A stretch of 62,075 nt of DNA, filler included, from Sphacelaria rigidula (Eukaryota), in NCBI GenBank assembly GCA_964200075.2. It is 11 parts of 11 records of this genome, joined end to end, with 100 filler letters (N's around TTAATTAATTAA, not from the genome) between each part and the next. Parts side by side here need not be neighbours in the genome. Positions count along the whole stretch, not along the records: positions 45,221 to 50,772 come from CAXNAA020026391.1; positions 50,873 to 56,424 come from CAXNAA020026392.1; positions 56,525 to 62,075 come from CAXNAA020026393.1; 8 more parts are not named here. One strand, 5' to 3'. The first letter of the stretch is position 1; the number at the start of each line of letters is the position of its first letter. Shown piece after piece: positions 49,535-60,592 of this stretch. Under the pieces are notes generated by a model, which did no database searches, had not been told where the DNA came from, and saw only the letters and a program-made list of their open reading frames with translations. The translations under genes and the position numbers were made by a program.

Positions 49535-49795
49535 ACAAGCAGAGAATCGCTTTGGGTTATACTCTGCGTTACGAGCACGCATCACTACGCGCTGCAGGTC
49601 CAGCTCACAGCCGACGTTGGCTGTAGCGGTAACGTTGACAATCCGCAGCTCGCAGCCCCCGTGTTCCATCAGCGGCCCAATCGTCTGTGCTTCCATCGCC
49701 TTTTCCGCCTCCGACAGAGTTCGACTTGGCCGGCCTGCTGTCACCGCGCCTGTCGCTGCACCTGAGCCGCCGGCACTCAGGCGAGACAACGTCAT
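49535..49795 (-). CDS. TBP: TBP-like protein, first identified exon. Start uncertain: ATG 49795, ATG about 49696, or splicing from an upstream exon via intron 49887-49762
   Basis: Encodes LRIVNVTATANVGCELDLQRVVMRARNAEYNPKRFSAC. Donor TGT|GTGAGT (phase 0) matches the next exon. Confidence 0.9.
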
Positions 49796-51387
49796 GATAC
49801 AAAGGTCGGCCCCACTGACCGGTGTACACTGTGAGTCGTGCAGCCTTCAGCTTTCGCTTTTGTCGACTGAAAGTTTTGGGAACTCACCGGCTGGCCGGCG
49901 CAGGCAGTGGCGATTGGGCAAGCTGCCAAGGGCAGCAGGCCAGCGACTGAGGCGTTGAGGTGCTGGCTTGTACTGCCTCGCCGTCGCTGCAGGGCTTGTT
50001 GATCTCAACCGCAGCAATGGAAAGAGCGGCTACGACTGCGAGGAGGAAGGTGCGGGCTGACTGGTTGAAGCGCTAAGAGAACGATGGTGCCACACTGCTT
50101 CAATGACACCAGGATGGATTAGATGCCTCGGTTGACTGCGAGTGTCCACGGCCTCTTTTACATAAGTTAGGGTACAGGTCATCTCTCACGGAGGTTGTTG
50201 ATCGCTAACGGTTCAATTCCCGCTGCGACCATTTTTCACGTTTTTCTTTCTTTCGTTTCCATTTCCCCATTCTCTCGTCTTGTGGGGTCGTGAAACCATG
50301 GTTGTTGATTGATGTAACAAATCATCCCATCGGAGGGCAAGGAGTGACCGGTTTCACCACGATATAATGCAACACATCATCCCATCGAAGGACAAGAAGT
50401 GACCGGTTAACCGTTTCACCACGATATCACCGATCGTTCGGGCGAAGACTGCAAGGAAGTAAAGCTCCATAGCTCATCACGAGCAACTAATAAACACGGG
50501 ATCTTACAAATCCTCATGTTTCATCACGCCTTATTCGAAAACACGCAGCAGAGATGCCAGCGAGTCCATCGTTGTTGCACTTGGAGGTGTGGTGAATCAG
50601 TTTTTTTCGATCTAGTACTCCCGCATGCTGCGTGTTGTACCGAATAGTATACCGTACCAGTTCAAAAACGGATATACACTACTATATAAACGCCACCGAC
50701 ATGTTCTGGTTATAACAACAAAAAATTGTGCGAATTGAGGTTTAACTTCGAGATGAGGCTCAAGCCCAAAACNNNNNNNNNNNNNNNNNNNNNNNNNNNN
50801 NNNNNNNNNNNNNNNNTTAATTAATTAANNNNNNNNNNNNNNNNNNNNNNNNNNNNNNNNNNNNNNNNNNNNCACGCAGTACAGAGGAGTAGGTGAACAC
50901 ATCCCCACGGGGCCTGACGGTGACTGTCTGCGAATACAGATAGTAGACGGGGGCATAACTGAGGCAAATGTGCCGTCGGTTTCGCCTTTGTTATTTTAAC
51001 TTAGGCGCAAGCTTGCTATGATGCGGTGCAAAGCATCTGCTGTGGGTGCGGCGTGAAGATTGCTTCACGGAGAGTCAGCCATGCACTCTGGCCGGGGTTA
51101 CAAAACACCGACGGGTCGAACAACGTCATACCCTTAAAATAGAGAAAGAACCTTCGAACCTTCTTTTCTTCCACGTTCCATTCGCACGGATCTGAAAAAC
51201 ACGCTTTGGGCGAGTCGTCTGCTCAAAGGCTGTAGAAATACAACCATTTCTTGCCCGAATAAAACTCAAATGTAAATCGTCAATTTTCCATCAACGGTTA
51301 CAAAAGGGTTAATATTGATCGTAGGAATGATTTTTTGGAACTTGTTTCAGGTCCAGGGGCGTTTTCATTTTTCTTCCAATGGCCATA

Positions 51388-51441
<54 letters not shown>
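51388..51441. repeat. (CA)n microsatellite; also (TG)n at about 59462-59529 and (TA)n at about 18180-18204 and 61420-61447
   Basis: Read directly from the sequence. Confidence 0.95.
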
Positions 51442-51443
<2 letters not shown>

Positions 51444-52113
51444 CAACCAACGTTTCGGGTCAAACTTCACTTGACCCTTAGTCTGCGAACCCCCATCAGA
51501 TGGACTCAGATGGAATATGCCACATATGGGTTCAGCTAGTTTTTCGACGCACAAAACGCCTCTTTTGTGAACATGTGGATGTTAGTCATTTGTATAAAAA
51601 CGATTCCGGAGAACCTCTGCGGGTTTTGACCCTTCACTCAATTGCGTGCAGGATCAGTCTGTGTTGTATGTGTCCGCTTAATACAACAGCAAGAAACAGT
51701 CAGCGTGCCTTCGCTCTCCAATGGACACTGTCTACCGCATGGTGCTGACGTCTCTGCTTAGTGTTCTACAACTCTACACACAGTGTGAAGGTATGCCGGT
51801 TACACTTGAGGGGTCAGGCAGGCGGCGTACACCACGAGCAGAGTAAAAGGCGCGTCATTTGTGCCCTTGTCATCTAGGGTTGATTTGCCACGAACGAAGT
51901 GAGAAATACAGCTACGCAAACACCGGAATAGCCCATCTGCGGGGAAACGAAGTGATCATTTTGATGGCCGTGATCGGTCAGAATGGTCACTCCGCCCCTC
52001 TCGAGCCTGGTTCCTAGCTCGTACTGTCCATGGAAAACTTTCAAATACACATGGTTGAGTTGGTGAGCTATCCGACTGTTTTACGAACAGGTCCCACCCC
52101 TCTGTCGAAAAAC

Positions 52114-52149
<36 letters not shown>

Positions 52150-54339
52150 ACCCCCGCCCCCCCCGCACAGCCCCCCCCCACCGCCCCGGCGCCCCGCNNN
52201 NNNNNNNCTCTGTCGAAAAACACCCCCCCCCCCCGCCCCCTGGAAACCGCTGGAAACCGCTGGAAACTGCTGGATGTCCCTGGACTATCAGCCTGTGAAA
52301 CTGTTTCGAGCGGACGCTCGTTGTCGAAAGGTTAACTCCGAATTCAAAACAGAATTTTCGCAGATGTCCCCTAACCAAGTCCGGATTCATCACCGCCTAG
52401 GCAGCTGCCAGCAAATACTCTTTTTTCTAGATGATAAATGTCTTCCCTGCGGCGTGATGAGAGAAATAGTACCATGCGTAGGATGACCCAGGAACCCCCT
52501 TTTTCCAAGATAATAACTTTCTACGCTGCGACGCGATGAAGAAAAAAAAAACAGGACCATGCGTGGCATGACCTACTCCCGCCTCTACTACTGCATTACA
52601 ACATGGAGTTAAGGACGAGAGTAGCGAAATAACCCAGGGTTGAAATCTCAGTCTCGTCAGGGGGGGGTTGAAAAAGTGTCGTGCTTCATGAAATAAAGCA
52701 TGTGTGGCACCTTCTACTCTGAGGTCTACTGTAAGCGGTGTGGACGATAGGTGCAGTCCATCTTACCCAGGGTAGAGGGCGTGTAGGTTATCTTCTCGCT
52801 CGGTGTAGGGGGTACGGAGCGTGTGGGAACGCGACGTGGAGTTGGACTTCGTAAGCCTTGCGGAGTAAATCTTGGGACAAAGATATGGACTGAAACAGTG
52901 GACGTCGGACGTGACGCCCTGAGTGAGTAACATGACCATAGGCCGGGCGGGAGATTGGAAGATGACAGTCCCGGGATGACGGTCCGGGTGGACAGACCCG
53001 GGTCATCGGTAAGGGGGTCGAATCATACGGAGGTAGTTATCGCACTGCAATAAATTTTGTGATAGTTGACAGGGGCGATAGTTGGGTGGTTTCACAGACG
53101 AGGCTACTGAGCAACATGAAAACCGAAAGGAGTTGCCGATATACTACTCTGCAGTTGTGTATGAACACTATAGCTGCAACGTCCGTCTCCTTCCCACCTA
53201 GGAAGCACAGGTCCAGCAGATGATATCGTAGGTACGGAGCAGATTCATACTGGGCAAAAGGCAGTCTTCCGCCGAAAGACAGCAACATATTTCTCAAGCA
53301 CGCCTAAAACTCATTCACAATATTTACGAAACGATGACGAAGCAGTAGAAAGCAGCGACATGAGATACACACGGTTGGTCGCAGGTCCGCTGGGGATTTT
53401 AATGGTGAAAGATTGTGGAGGACGAATCATGGCGGGAGGGCCCTCCGCACCAGCAAATAATGAGCTTCATACCAAAGCAACACACACACACACCCCTGGC
53501 CGATTTCGCTGGTTCATAGCATTTCCAGCAATAGCTCCTGAGGCAACCTGCCTCGATGCCGCTTAATCGGGTACCAACTTTCTCTGGATCCTGGAAGCTT
53601 GAGATGGAAGGTAGTCTGTGACGAGGCTTCGTTACAATTGTTTTTTGGTAAAACCGCCTCCAGAGGGAAAATAGTAGGAGTAGGTGGACCTATCAAAACG
53701 TTGTTTGCGGTTACGCCGTTTTATGAGCGTTGAGCCTCGATGCAGGGCTGTCTCTGGATATGTTGTGATGATCTCTGTAGAGGTATGAAAGTATGATTTC
53801 TCTCTGAACACACTCATACTTAACGTAGGTCCACCTATTGTACTCGTATCTTCCCTACTATACTTCTACCGTGATACTCAGGCTATGTACACATCGCACG
53901 ATCGTGTGAGAGTATATACCATCAGACACTTTCGAAAACGCGTTTTTTTTTGTTGTCAGCGTAGATTTTGTCGGTCTGAGGCCGAAACACAAAATACGTG
54001 CCTTCAAGGTACTTCCGGACCTCACTGCCTGCGGTCATGACGGTTATTTCAAAAAGCAATCCGTCGTTTTTGTTCAACCATCACGTATCGATCTACACCA
54101 CACGAAGCGTGTTATGCCTACACCCAAGGGCTAAAACACGACACACACACGCGCACGTGAACAGAATTCAAAAGTCCAAATCCACAGCGCCTCGTCAGCC
54201 ACGACGCATGCAGTGAGAGCTGTGTGCACCTACTGTGCTGTACACCGTGTGAACATCCACGAAAAAATTGGACAGCCACACCATAGTTGAAGATTGTATT
54301 CATAATATTTTTATCACCGCAGTGTGGTCAGCCACTGCT

Positions 54340-54733
54340 AAAAGTTTTAGTTTTTTTGCCTCGCAATTCCAACCCCTTCCCTCTCTCTGGACGAATCCGT
54401 GGTCTCAAGGGATCGACCCACCTCTCCCCCGGTACACGCATGCAAGAGCAAGATAACGAGTACACCTCGGTACACGCCTTGCCTTTTTTTCATCCCGTTG
54501 ATTGGATCATGACCATCAGCACTCACGTCCGCACCGCATCGACTGTCGTTTGACAATACACCGCCGAATAGAATCTCTCTACTAGTCCAGTGCTCACGAT
54601 TTCAAGGACGGTAATCAGATACTTCGACGAAAAAAGAACGAAACGCATCTCTGGCGTGAATCGAACCCGCGTTCTTTCCACCCTAATTGTGCCAGTTGGA
54701 TCATGGCCATTAGACAGACCACCGGGGCGCGGC
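54340..54733 (-). mobile_element. SINE family B copy
   Basis: Reverse complement GCCGCGCCCCGGTGGTCTGTCTAATGG...GGGTTCGATTC...CGAAGTATCTGA...GCAAGGCGTGTACCG...GATCCCTTGAGACCACG. Confidence 0.75.
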
Positions 54734-56349
54734 GTAGATGTATTGATTCGATCGTTCGGTGCATTGGTTGTCGCACCTCAAGTGACCCCCCAGGGATCCA
54801 CCCGTGGTGACATGGTATGACGTACGTGAGACTAAACTAAACTGAAAAAAACTCGCTGAAGATTTGATTTGATTTGATTTGATTTGATCGTCGCACTTTA
54901 ACTGACCGCCCATGGATCCAGCCGTTTTCAAGCCGAACTATCGGAGAAATCCACAAGCCTGGTCACGAGCCACTTTCATGCACCAGCGTCCAGCCTGTCG
55001 AACCCTCTAGGGGACCAAACGCCGCCATCAACCCACCGATCGTCCCCCCCCCCCCCCCGGGCTCGGGTTGATGGCACAAGGTGCAGGCCCGGGGCGGGTT
55101 TCACACCCATTGCACAAAGGGGGGGATGGGGACACCTCCCGCTTAAANNNNNNNNNNCCCTTTCATGCCCCCGCGCCCCGCCCGTCGAACCCCCTGGGGG
55201 ACCAAACCCCCCCATCAACCCCCCCATCGCCCCCCCCCCCCCCCCTGGGCTCGGGTTGATGGCACAAGGTGCAGGCTCGGGGCGTGTTTCACATCGATGG
55301 CACAAAGGGGTGTAGTGGCACACCTCTCGTTTAAACCACCGTTCATTTTCATGTCATTTCTGTACATCCTGGACGATAGATTACATCGTCGAAACGTGTA
55401 CTGGGTACAGTCAGTATCGGCTATTATTGCGTCTGTTGCAGTAGACGATGGATTCCATACCGCACGCAGTACACTAGTACACTCTTTGACCATGTAATGT
55501 ATAGTCATTATCCAGGGTGTGTGATTCTGGCCGTTGTCAAGGCTGCTTGATGTTTCAACATTCTGGAAGAAAAAACACCAAGGTTCGGAGATGGTGCGTG
55601 CCTGTAGTGCAATTGAATCATCCCCCCCAAATTGTCAACAGAGGCTGCATGGGTATTCTCGACGCACATCGCACCCGGGCAGCAGTTGTGGTTCGGAGTG
55701 TCCAAGCCTTGGAAGGACCCTTGGCATCAAAACACCCCCGGAGAGAAATCCTGTGCAACTGTGATAATCGCAACCTGTTTTATTTTATTTTATTTTATAA
55801 TTATTTGTCAAATGTTCTGTTTGTATCGTCATTATCTAAGGGGTGTGCAGTATCGGTGCGCGGAACGAGGGTTCGGTTCGTCTGTCATGTATGAAGGCAC
55901 TACTGTAGGGGCTTGCCTCCGGAGTGGACTTTTTATTACTTTTTTTTCCCCGAGGTATTCAATCGAGCCTTACAAGAAAAGCACATGAGCCGACATCACT
56001 CCAGTACAGTACACGATGTGTCTATATACATGAAGTGCAGTGCAATCAGTCCTTTAACGCGCAGTTGCTCCCCCCATTTGTTGTGCAATGACGCAAAAAG
56101 GAGAGATAACGGCGATGATGAAGTTGTAAAACCGCCCCGCTAAGAACTTGTGCGTATCGATGCCCTACCGGTGATGACGTCCACTCGTGTCTTCTTGGCG
56201 AGATTTGGATATATAACCACGTTCAATGTTCCTGCACGTAACAGATATATTCCACTGTACCCGAGAAACTCGCCTGCGCTCCGCCGTTCAACAAACGGTT
56301 TTCACCGCTCAAAGTGTGTCAAGAAGCGCCCCCCCCCCCACCTCCCTCC

Positions 56350-56424
56350 AGCCTGGTCCGGCGAAAACCCGGCGTGCTCCGTCCCGGCTTTGTCGGGGCG
56401 GCCCCCCGATGGGGTTGGCGGCGG
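56350..56424 (+). mobile_element. SINE-like family C 5' head; the same head is on the minus strand at 56525-56623
   Basis: CCTGGTCCGGCGAAAACCCGGCGTGCTCCGTCCCGGCTTTGT.GGGGCGG.CCCCCGATGGGGTTGGCG. Confidence 0.8.
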
Positions 56425-56621
56425 NNNNNNNNNNNNNNNNNNNNNNNNNNNNNNNNNNNNNNNNNNNNTTAATTAATTAANNNNNNNNNNNNNNNNNNNN
56501 NNNNNNNNNNNNNNNNNNNNNNNNTCTGTGTTTTATAGCGTCATCGCCAAGCGACGCCAACCCCATCGGGGGTCCGCCCCTACAAAGCCGGGACGGAGCA
56601 CGCCGGGTTCTCGCCGGACCA

Positions 56622-57025
56622 GGGGGGGGGGCGTACTCATTTGTTGCTTGCTTTGGTCGTTTGACCATTGACCACACATCCCTTCGAGACGGAGCACCGT
56701 TCCTACTCCTTATAGAGACACCTCCAACATCTTGGTGCTCATCACGTTTCTTCCGCACAATGCACAGAAACATTTTACATTTCTTATCACCGTCCTGTTT
56801 CGCGGTCTGTGGCCACCATCTATCTCCTAGTATAGCCATCGTTTTCTCCCTGCTGTCTAATGCATCAAAATCCCATGCCACCTTCGTTCACGTCCCGCAT
56901 TCCCCCCTCTAGCACGTCCCGTTCCTCCTTCTTTAGTTCACATCCTGCCACAGGGGCAATTCTGAGCATCTACTTCCTCCTCCTTTCGACTACTGGTAAA
57001 TCTCTTTCTTCTTTCTGGCAGGTCC
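56622..57025 (-). pseudogene. Family L LINE 3' end with C10 tail
   Basis: Encodes FDALDSREKTMAILGDRWWPQTAKQDGDK; ends AAATGAGTACGCCCCCCCCCC. Confidence 0.85.
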
Positions 57026-57586
57026 AAATCGGTGGAGGGGGGGTGGGTATACGACATTCCCCCGATACAGTGGTGCAGGTTCTAGTATTGTATGGTGCCA
57101 AGAATGATTTTGAACTTATCGCGCGGGTATGCTGCTCCGATAGGGGTGGTATACTACGTACGGGTCTCATAAATACTATTCCACGGTATCACATCTAGAG
57201 TTATACCTATTGTTGCACGTCAATGCTGCGCTCAAACTTTGGGCTAAGCGCATGCAGAAAATGATGGCGGCTCATGCAACTTACAGTGAAGCGTTAGATC
57301 AGGGTGAACAGATGATATCACCGAATTCTAGACATGATTTTACAACACGGCGAATCCTCAAAAAGCGCCTGCTAGTACCCGCTTCGTCCATGCGCTGTGT
57401 GCACGACAGATACTTGAATGGCCTGTTCAATACACGCCTCTTTTTGAGTACACCCTGTCAAAAATTGCAACCACTTTCGAATCAACTTATCCGCCATTTT
57501 ATAAACACTGAGAACGCGTTACCCTCCCTGCCCCCCGCCAACTCTTCCTCTGGACCGTACCACCCCGACTGTTTCTTTTTCACCAG

Positions 57587-58432
57587 GCACGGTTTGCGAG
57601 AGTTGAAGCGCTCAGATCGCCAAACGATCCAGAAAACCCCACACGCAGCGGCGAAACAACACCGACAACAGGACCCGATATGACAAATACGCACGGTGGC
57701 CCGCTGCCCGCGTTGGATACTTCCTGTGCGGCGGCAGACGGTTTGCCTTCCGCGGTGGCCGTCTGGTCTCCCATCCTCGCACTCTGTAACTTCGTAGAAC
57801 CCTTGACATCGAGAGCCTCTGCTCTCTGGAATTCCGGGCGCTTGAGTGTTACGTTTCATGAGCAGGAACCTTCTGCCGGCGTTGGCGACAGCAGTAGTAG
57901 AGGCGGGGACGAGGGATTGACACTGGCGGCACCTACGGCGCCTGCAGCGGGGAGCAGAGAAGGGGAGGACGTCGCCGCGCCGGGGGCGATAGCGCTGACG
58001 GTGCTGAGTGTGCAGGACGACAGCTCGGGTGTGAGCGGTTGGCGGACGCGAGATACAAGGTGGGGGGCAGAAACGTCGATAGCTGCTGATACTGCTTCTG
58101 TTGGTGTCGCCCCTATTGCCACGGGGAAGGGGTGGTTAGTCAAGGTTCGACCGCAAGAGGGCACGGTAGAGACGTGGGATTGTGCGAGAGCGAGTGAAGC
58201 GGACCACCGATGTCGCGCCCACGGCGACAGCGATGGTAACTGTGGCGGTAATGTTGGTGACGACGGCTGCGATGATTGCAGCGGGGGTATCGTAGTACCT
58301 CAGGTGGGCGCGGGACTTGAGTCGAAACTGGAGGAGAAGGAGGAGGAGAGGGAAGAGGAGGAAAAGAAGGAGATCGTTACTCTTGACTTTGAAAGACCCG
58401 ACGCGGGTGGGACGGAAATTTCTCCCGTGTAA
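57587..58432 (+). CDS. Probable terminal exon of an unknown host protein (281 aa, Ala/Gly/Glu-rich)
   Basis: Pyrimidine-rich acceptor TTTCTTTTTCACCAG at 57586, in phase 0 with the 250-aa ORF; GC-rich coding-like composition; TAA at 58430-58432 followed by TG-rich UTR-like sequence. Confidence 0.7.
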   Translation, partial: ARFARVEALRSPNDPENPTRSGETTPTTGPDMTNTHGGPLPALDTSCAAADGLPSAVAVWSPILALCNFVEPLTSRASALWNSGRLSVTFHEQEPSAGVGDSSSRGGDEGLTLAAPTAPAAGSREGEDVAAPGAIALTVLSVQDDSSGVSGWRTRDTRWGAETSIAADTASVGVAPIATGKGWLVKVRPQEGTVETWDCARASEADHRCRAHGDSDGNCGGNVGDDGCDDCSGGIVVPQVGAGLESKLEEKEEEREEEEKKEIVTLDFERPDAGGTEISPV

Positions 58433-59458
58433 ACTTCTACAAGATATGGGGATGACAACAAGCTTGTCGATTCGTTGAGTGTTTTTGAGGTAGGTGTGAG
58501 TGCGTTGTTCGTTGTATGTGTGTTGCATTTGAGTGTGCTATCGTTGTGGTGTGCGATTATCGTTCATGACGAAAATATTGCTGTCGCATTCGTTTCGCCT
58601 GTGGTGGGTAGTTTTGTTTAGCTCTCCAAGGGACATGAGACGCACATGCCGCGTGTTTTCCTTGTAAGGATACGGGTGGGAGCTGAGTCACCCTTACTCG
58701 CTGCTGCTGTCGACCTCATTTGCCTTTCAACTCATCGAGGACCCACCGCTTGTATCGTTCAATCTGCCGTACCGTGTCACCACGCTTTTTTTTCATTGTA
58801 GATAAGCGTCGTAAAAACCGCTGGGCACGCTTTCGGACATTATACAAAACTTGGGATAGGGCAGGGTATATAATATTCCCTGATATACTTACTGTACACA
58901 CTCTTGTTGCTACGTGGGAGCGGCTTCTTTGATGTCTTTTATGATTTTGCAGCAGAGATGGCGACAGGAGGTGGTCTCATAGGCATTTTCCTTGTTTTTT
59001 TCCCCCAGGCACACACCACGCATCCCGTTCGGGGAAGGTAAAGCTATGCCCCGGGGTATGTTATAGAAAGGGAAAAGCGGGGGCGTCCGGATATTTGTTG
59101 CGATGTAACGAGACACGAAAATATTATCTTTTGTAGGTGCGTTGCCTTGTGTTGTAAGCCCTAGCTAGGACTTGATAGACGCTGCATGGGGTATTCATAT
59201 TTCGGGGCGTGTGGTGTTTTGTGAGCGCTGTTGCAGTCATTAGGTGTTTTTTTGTTTCCGACTTTTGTTCCGAGTTGATGTCTTGGCTGTTTTACTTTCA
59301 ATTCTTCGGTCATCTGAGGAGCGTTGAGAGTCATTTGAGATGTTGTCAGGGGTGGGTCGCTGGTCGGCTGTTGATTTTGATGATCGGAACAATATTGACC
59401 GGCTGTGCGTGTTTATTTTCGTTCGATGTATTTTCTTGTGCGTGTTTTCTCGTTTTTC

Positions 59459-59528
<70 letters not shown>

Positions 59529-60074
59529 TTTTCTCCGTATGACACCCCACTCCCACCCCTAAACGCCCTTGGCTGCGTTGGACAACGGGTTGATTTCGCG
59601 ACTTGTTTAAAATTGTCATTATGGACACGAGTGTGTTTGTGTGTGTGGGTGTGTATTCAGTACAGAGAATTGTGTACATTTTTTTCCAGTCTTGGTGACG
59701 TGGCGTGTTGTGTTACAAATGTCAAGTACGTGTCTCCCGTTTCGAAGCGAGTTCCCTGTTCCGAGAACATCATATAATAGGATGGCCCCTCCCGGAATGG
59801 TGTGACAGACTGGGGTGTTTTCTGAAATGTGATGGAAGACATCGACGGCTGACCTCTCCCCTCCCATCATTTCTCAGCATCTTCCCGCTCGAGCCGGATG
59901 TATGGAAGATAGCATGGTGTACTGTAGCAACGGAGATGAACAATATTCCCCAATGCGCGAAGGGGAGACGTCCGCTTTCGAAAAGAGCGATGGTGAAGTG
60001 CAAGCGCACTTATAGATGTTTTCGAGAAAGCAGGAAAAATATTATATATATATTTTCATTCTTGTCGCGTCGAC

Positions 60075-60592
60075 GGGAGGGGTGTCCTCATAATATTGCA
60101 TGCCGTGGACATAATACCGTTGACCTCGCAACCCCGCAAAGAAGCCGGGACGGAGCATGACAGCTTTTTGCCGGACCAGGCTTGCTATCACCAAGCGCGA
60201 AGCGTCGTGATGTGTTCGGTGAGCTGTATGAAGGGTGAGCTGCATCCTGCTAAGATCGTTCGGCCCGAAGCGTTATAGTCATCTCGAACTACGGATGACA
60301 GCCTCGAATTGAGTTGGTTCATCTCCTGGTTTCGCGACTTCCAGAGACAGCCACGGCTTACACACTGCCTCATGGGGGTCTCAACATGTAAACACTGCGT
60401 GATACGATCATCATCTTTGCGCGGAGTTGAGGTTCTCAACCGCACGCAATTTCATCCAACTCGACCATCATGGTTGATGCAAAAAACGCGAGCGAGAAAA
60501 TACAACGGTAATCTGGTCGCCTATTAATAGCTTACGCGGTGAAAGGCGTATTTCATAGCGTCGTTGCCAACCCACGCCAAGCCTCGGGGGGT
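60075..60592 (-). mobile_element. Diverged near full-length SINE-like family C copy
   Basis: Colinear with 36165-36690. Confidence 0.85.

Noticed and set aside
54995..55310. Tandem duplication of about 175 bp
   Set aside because: The copies straddle a 10-N internal gap beside C-homopolymers and are probably a scaffolding overlap. Similar gaps at 48357-48366 and 52198-52207.
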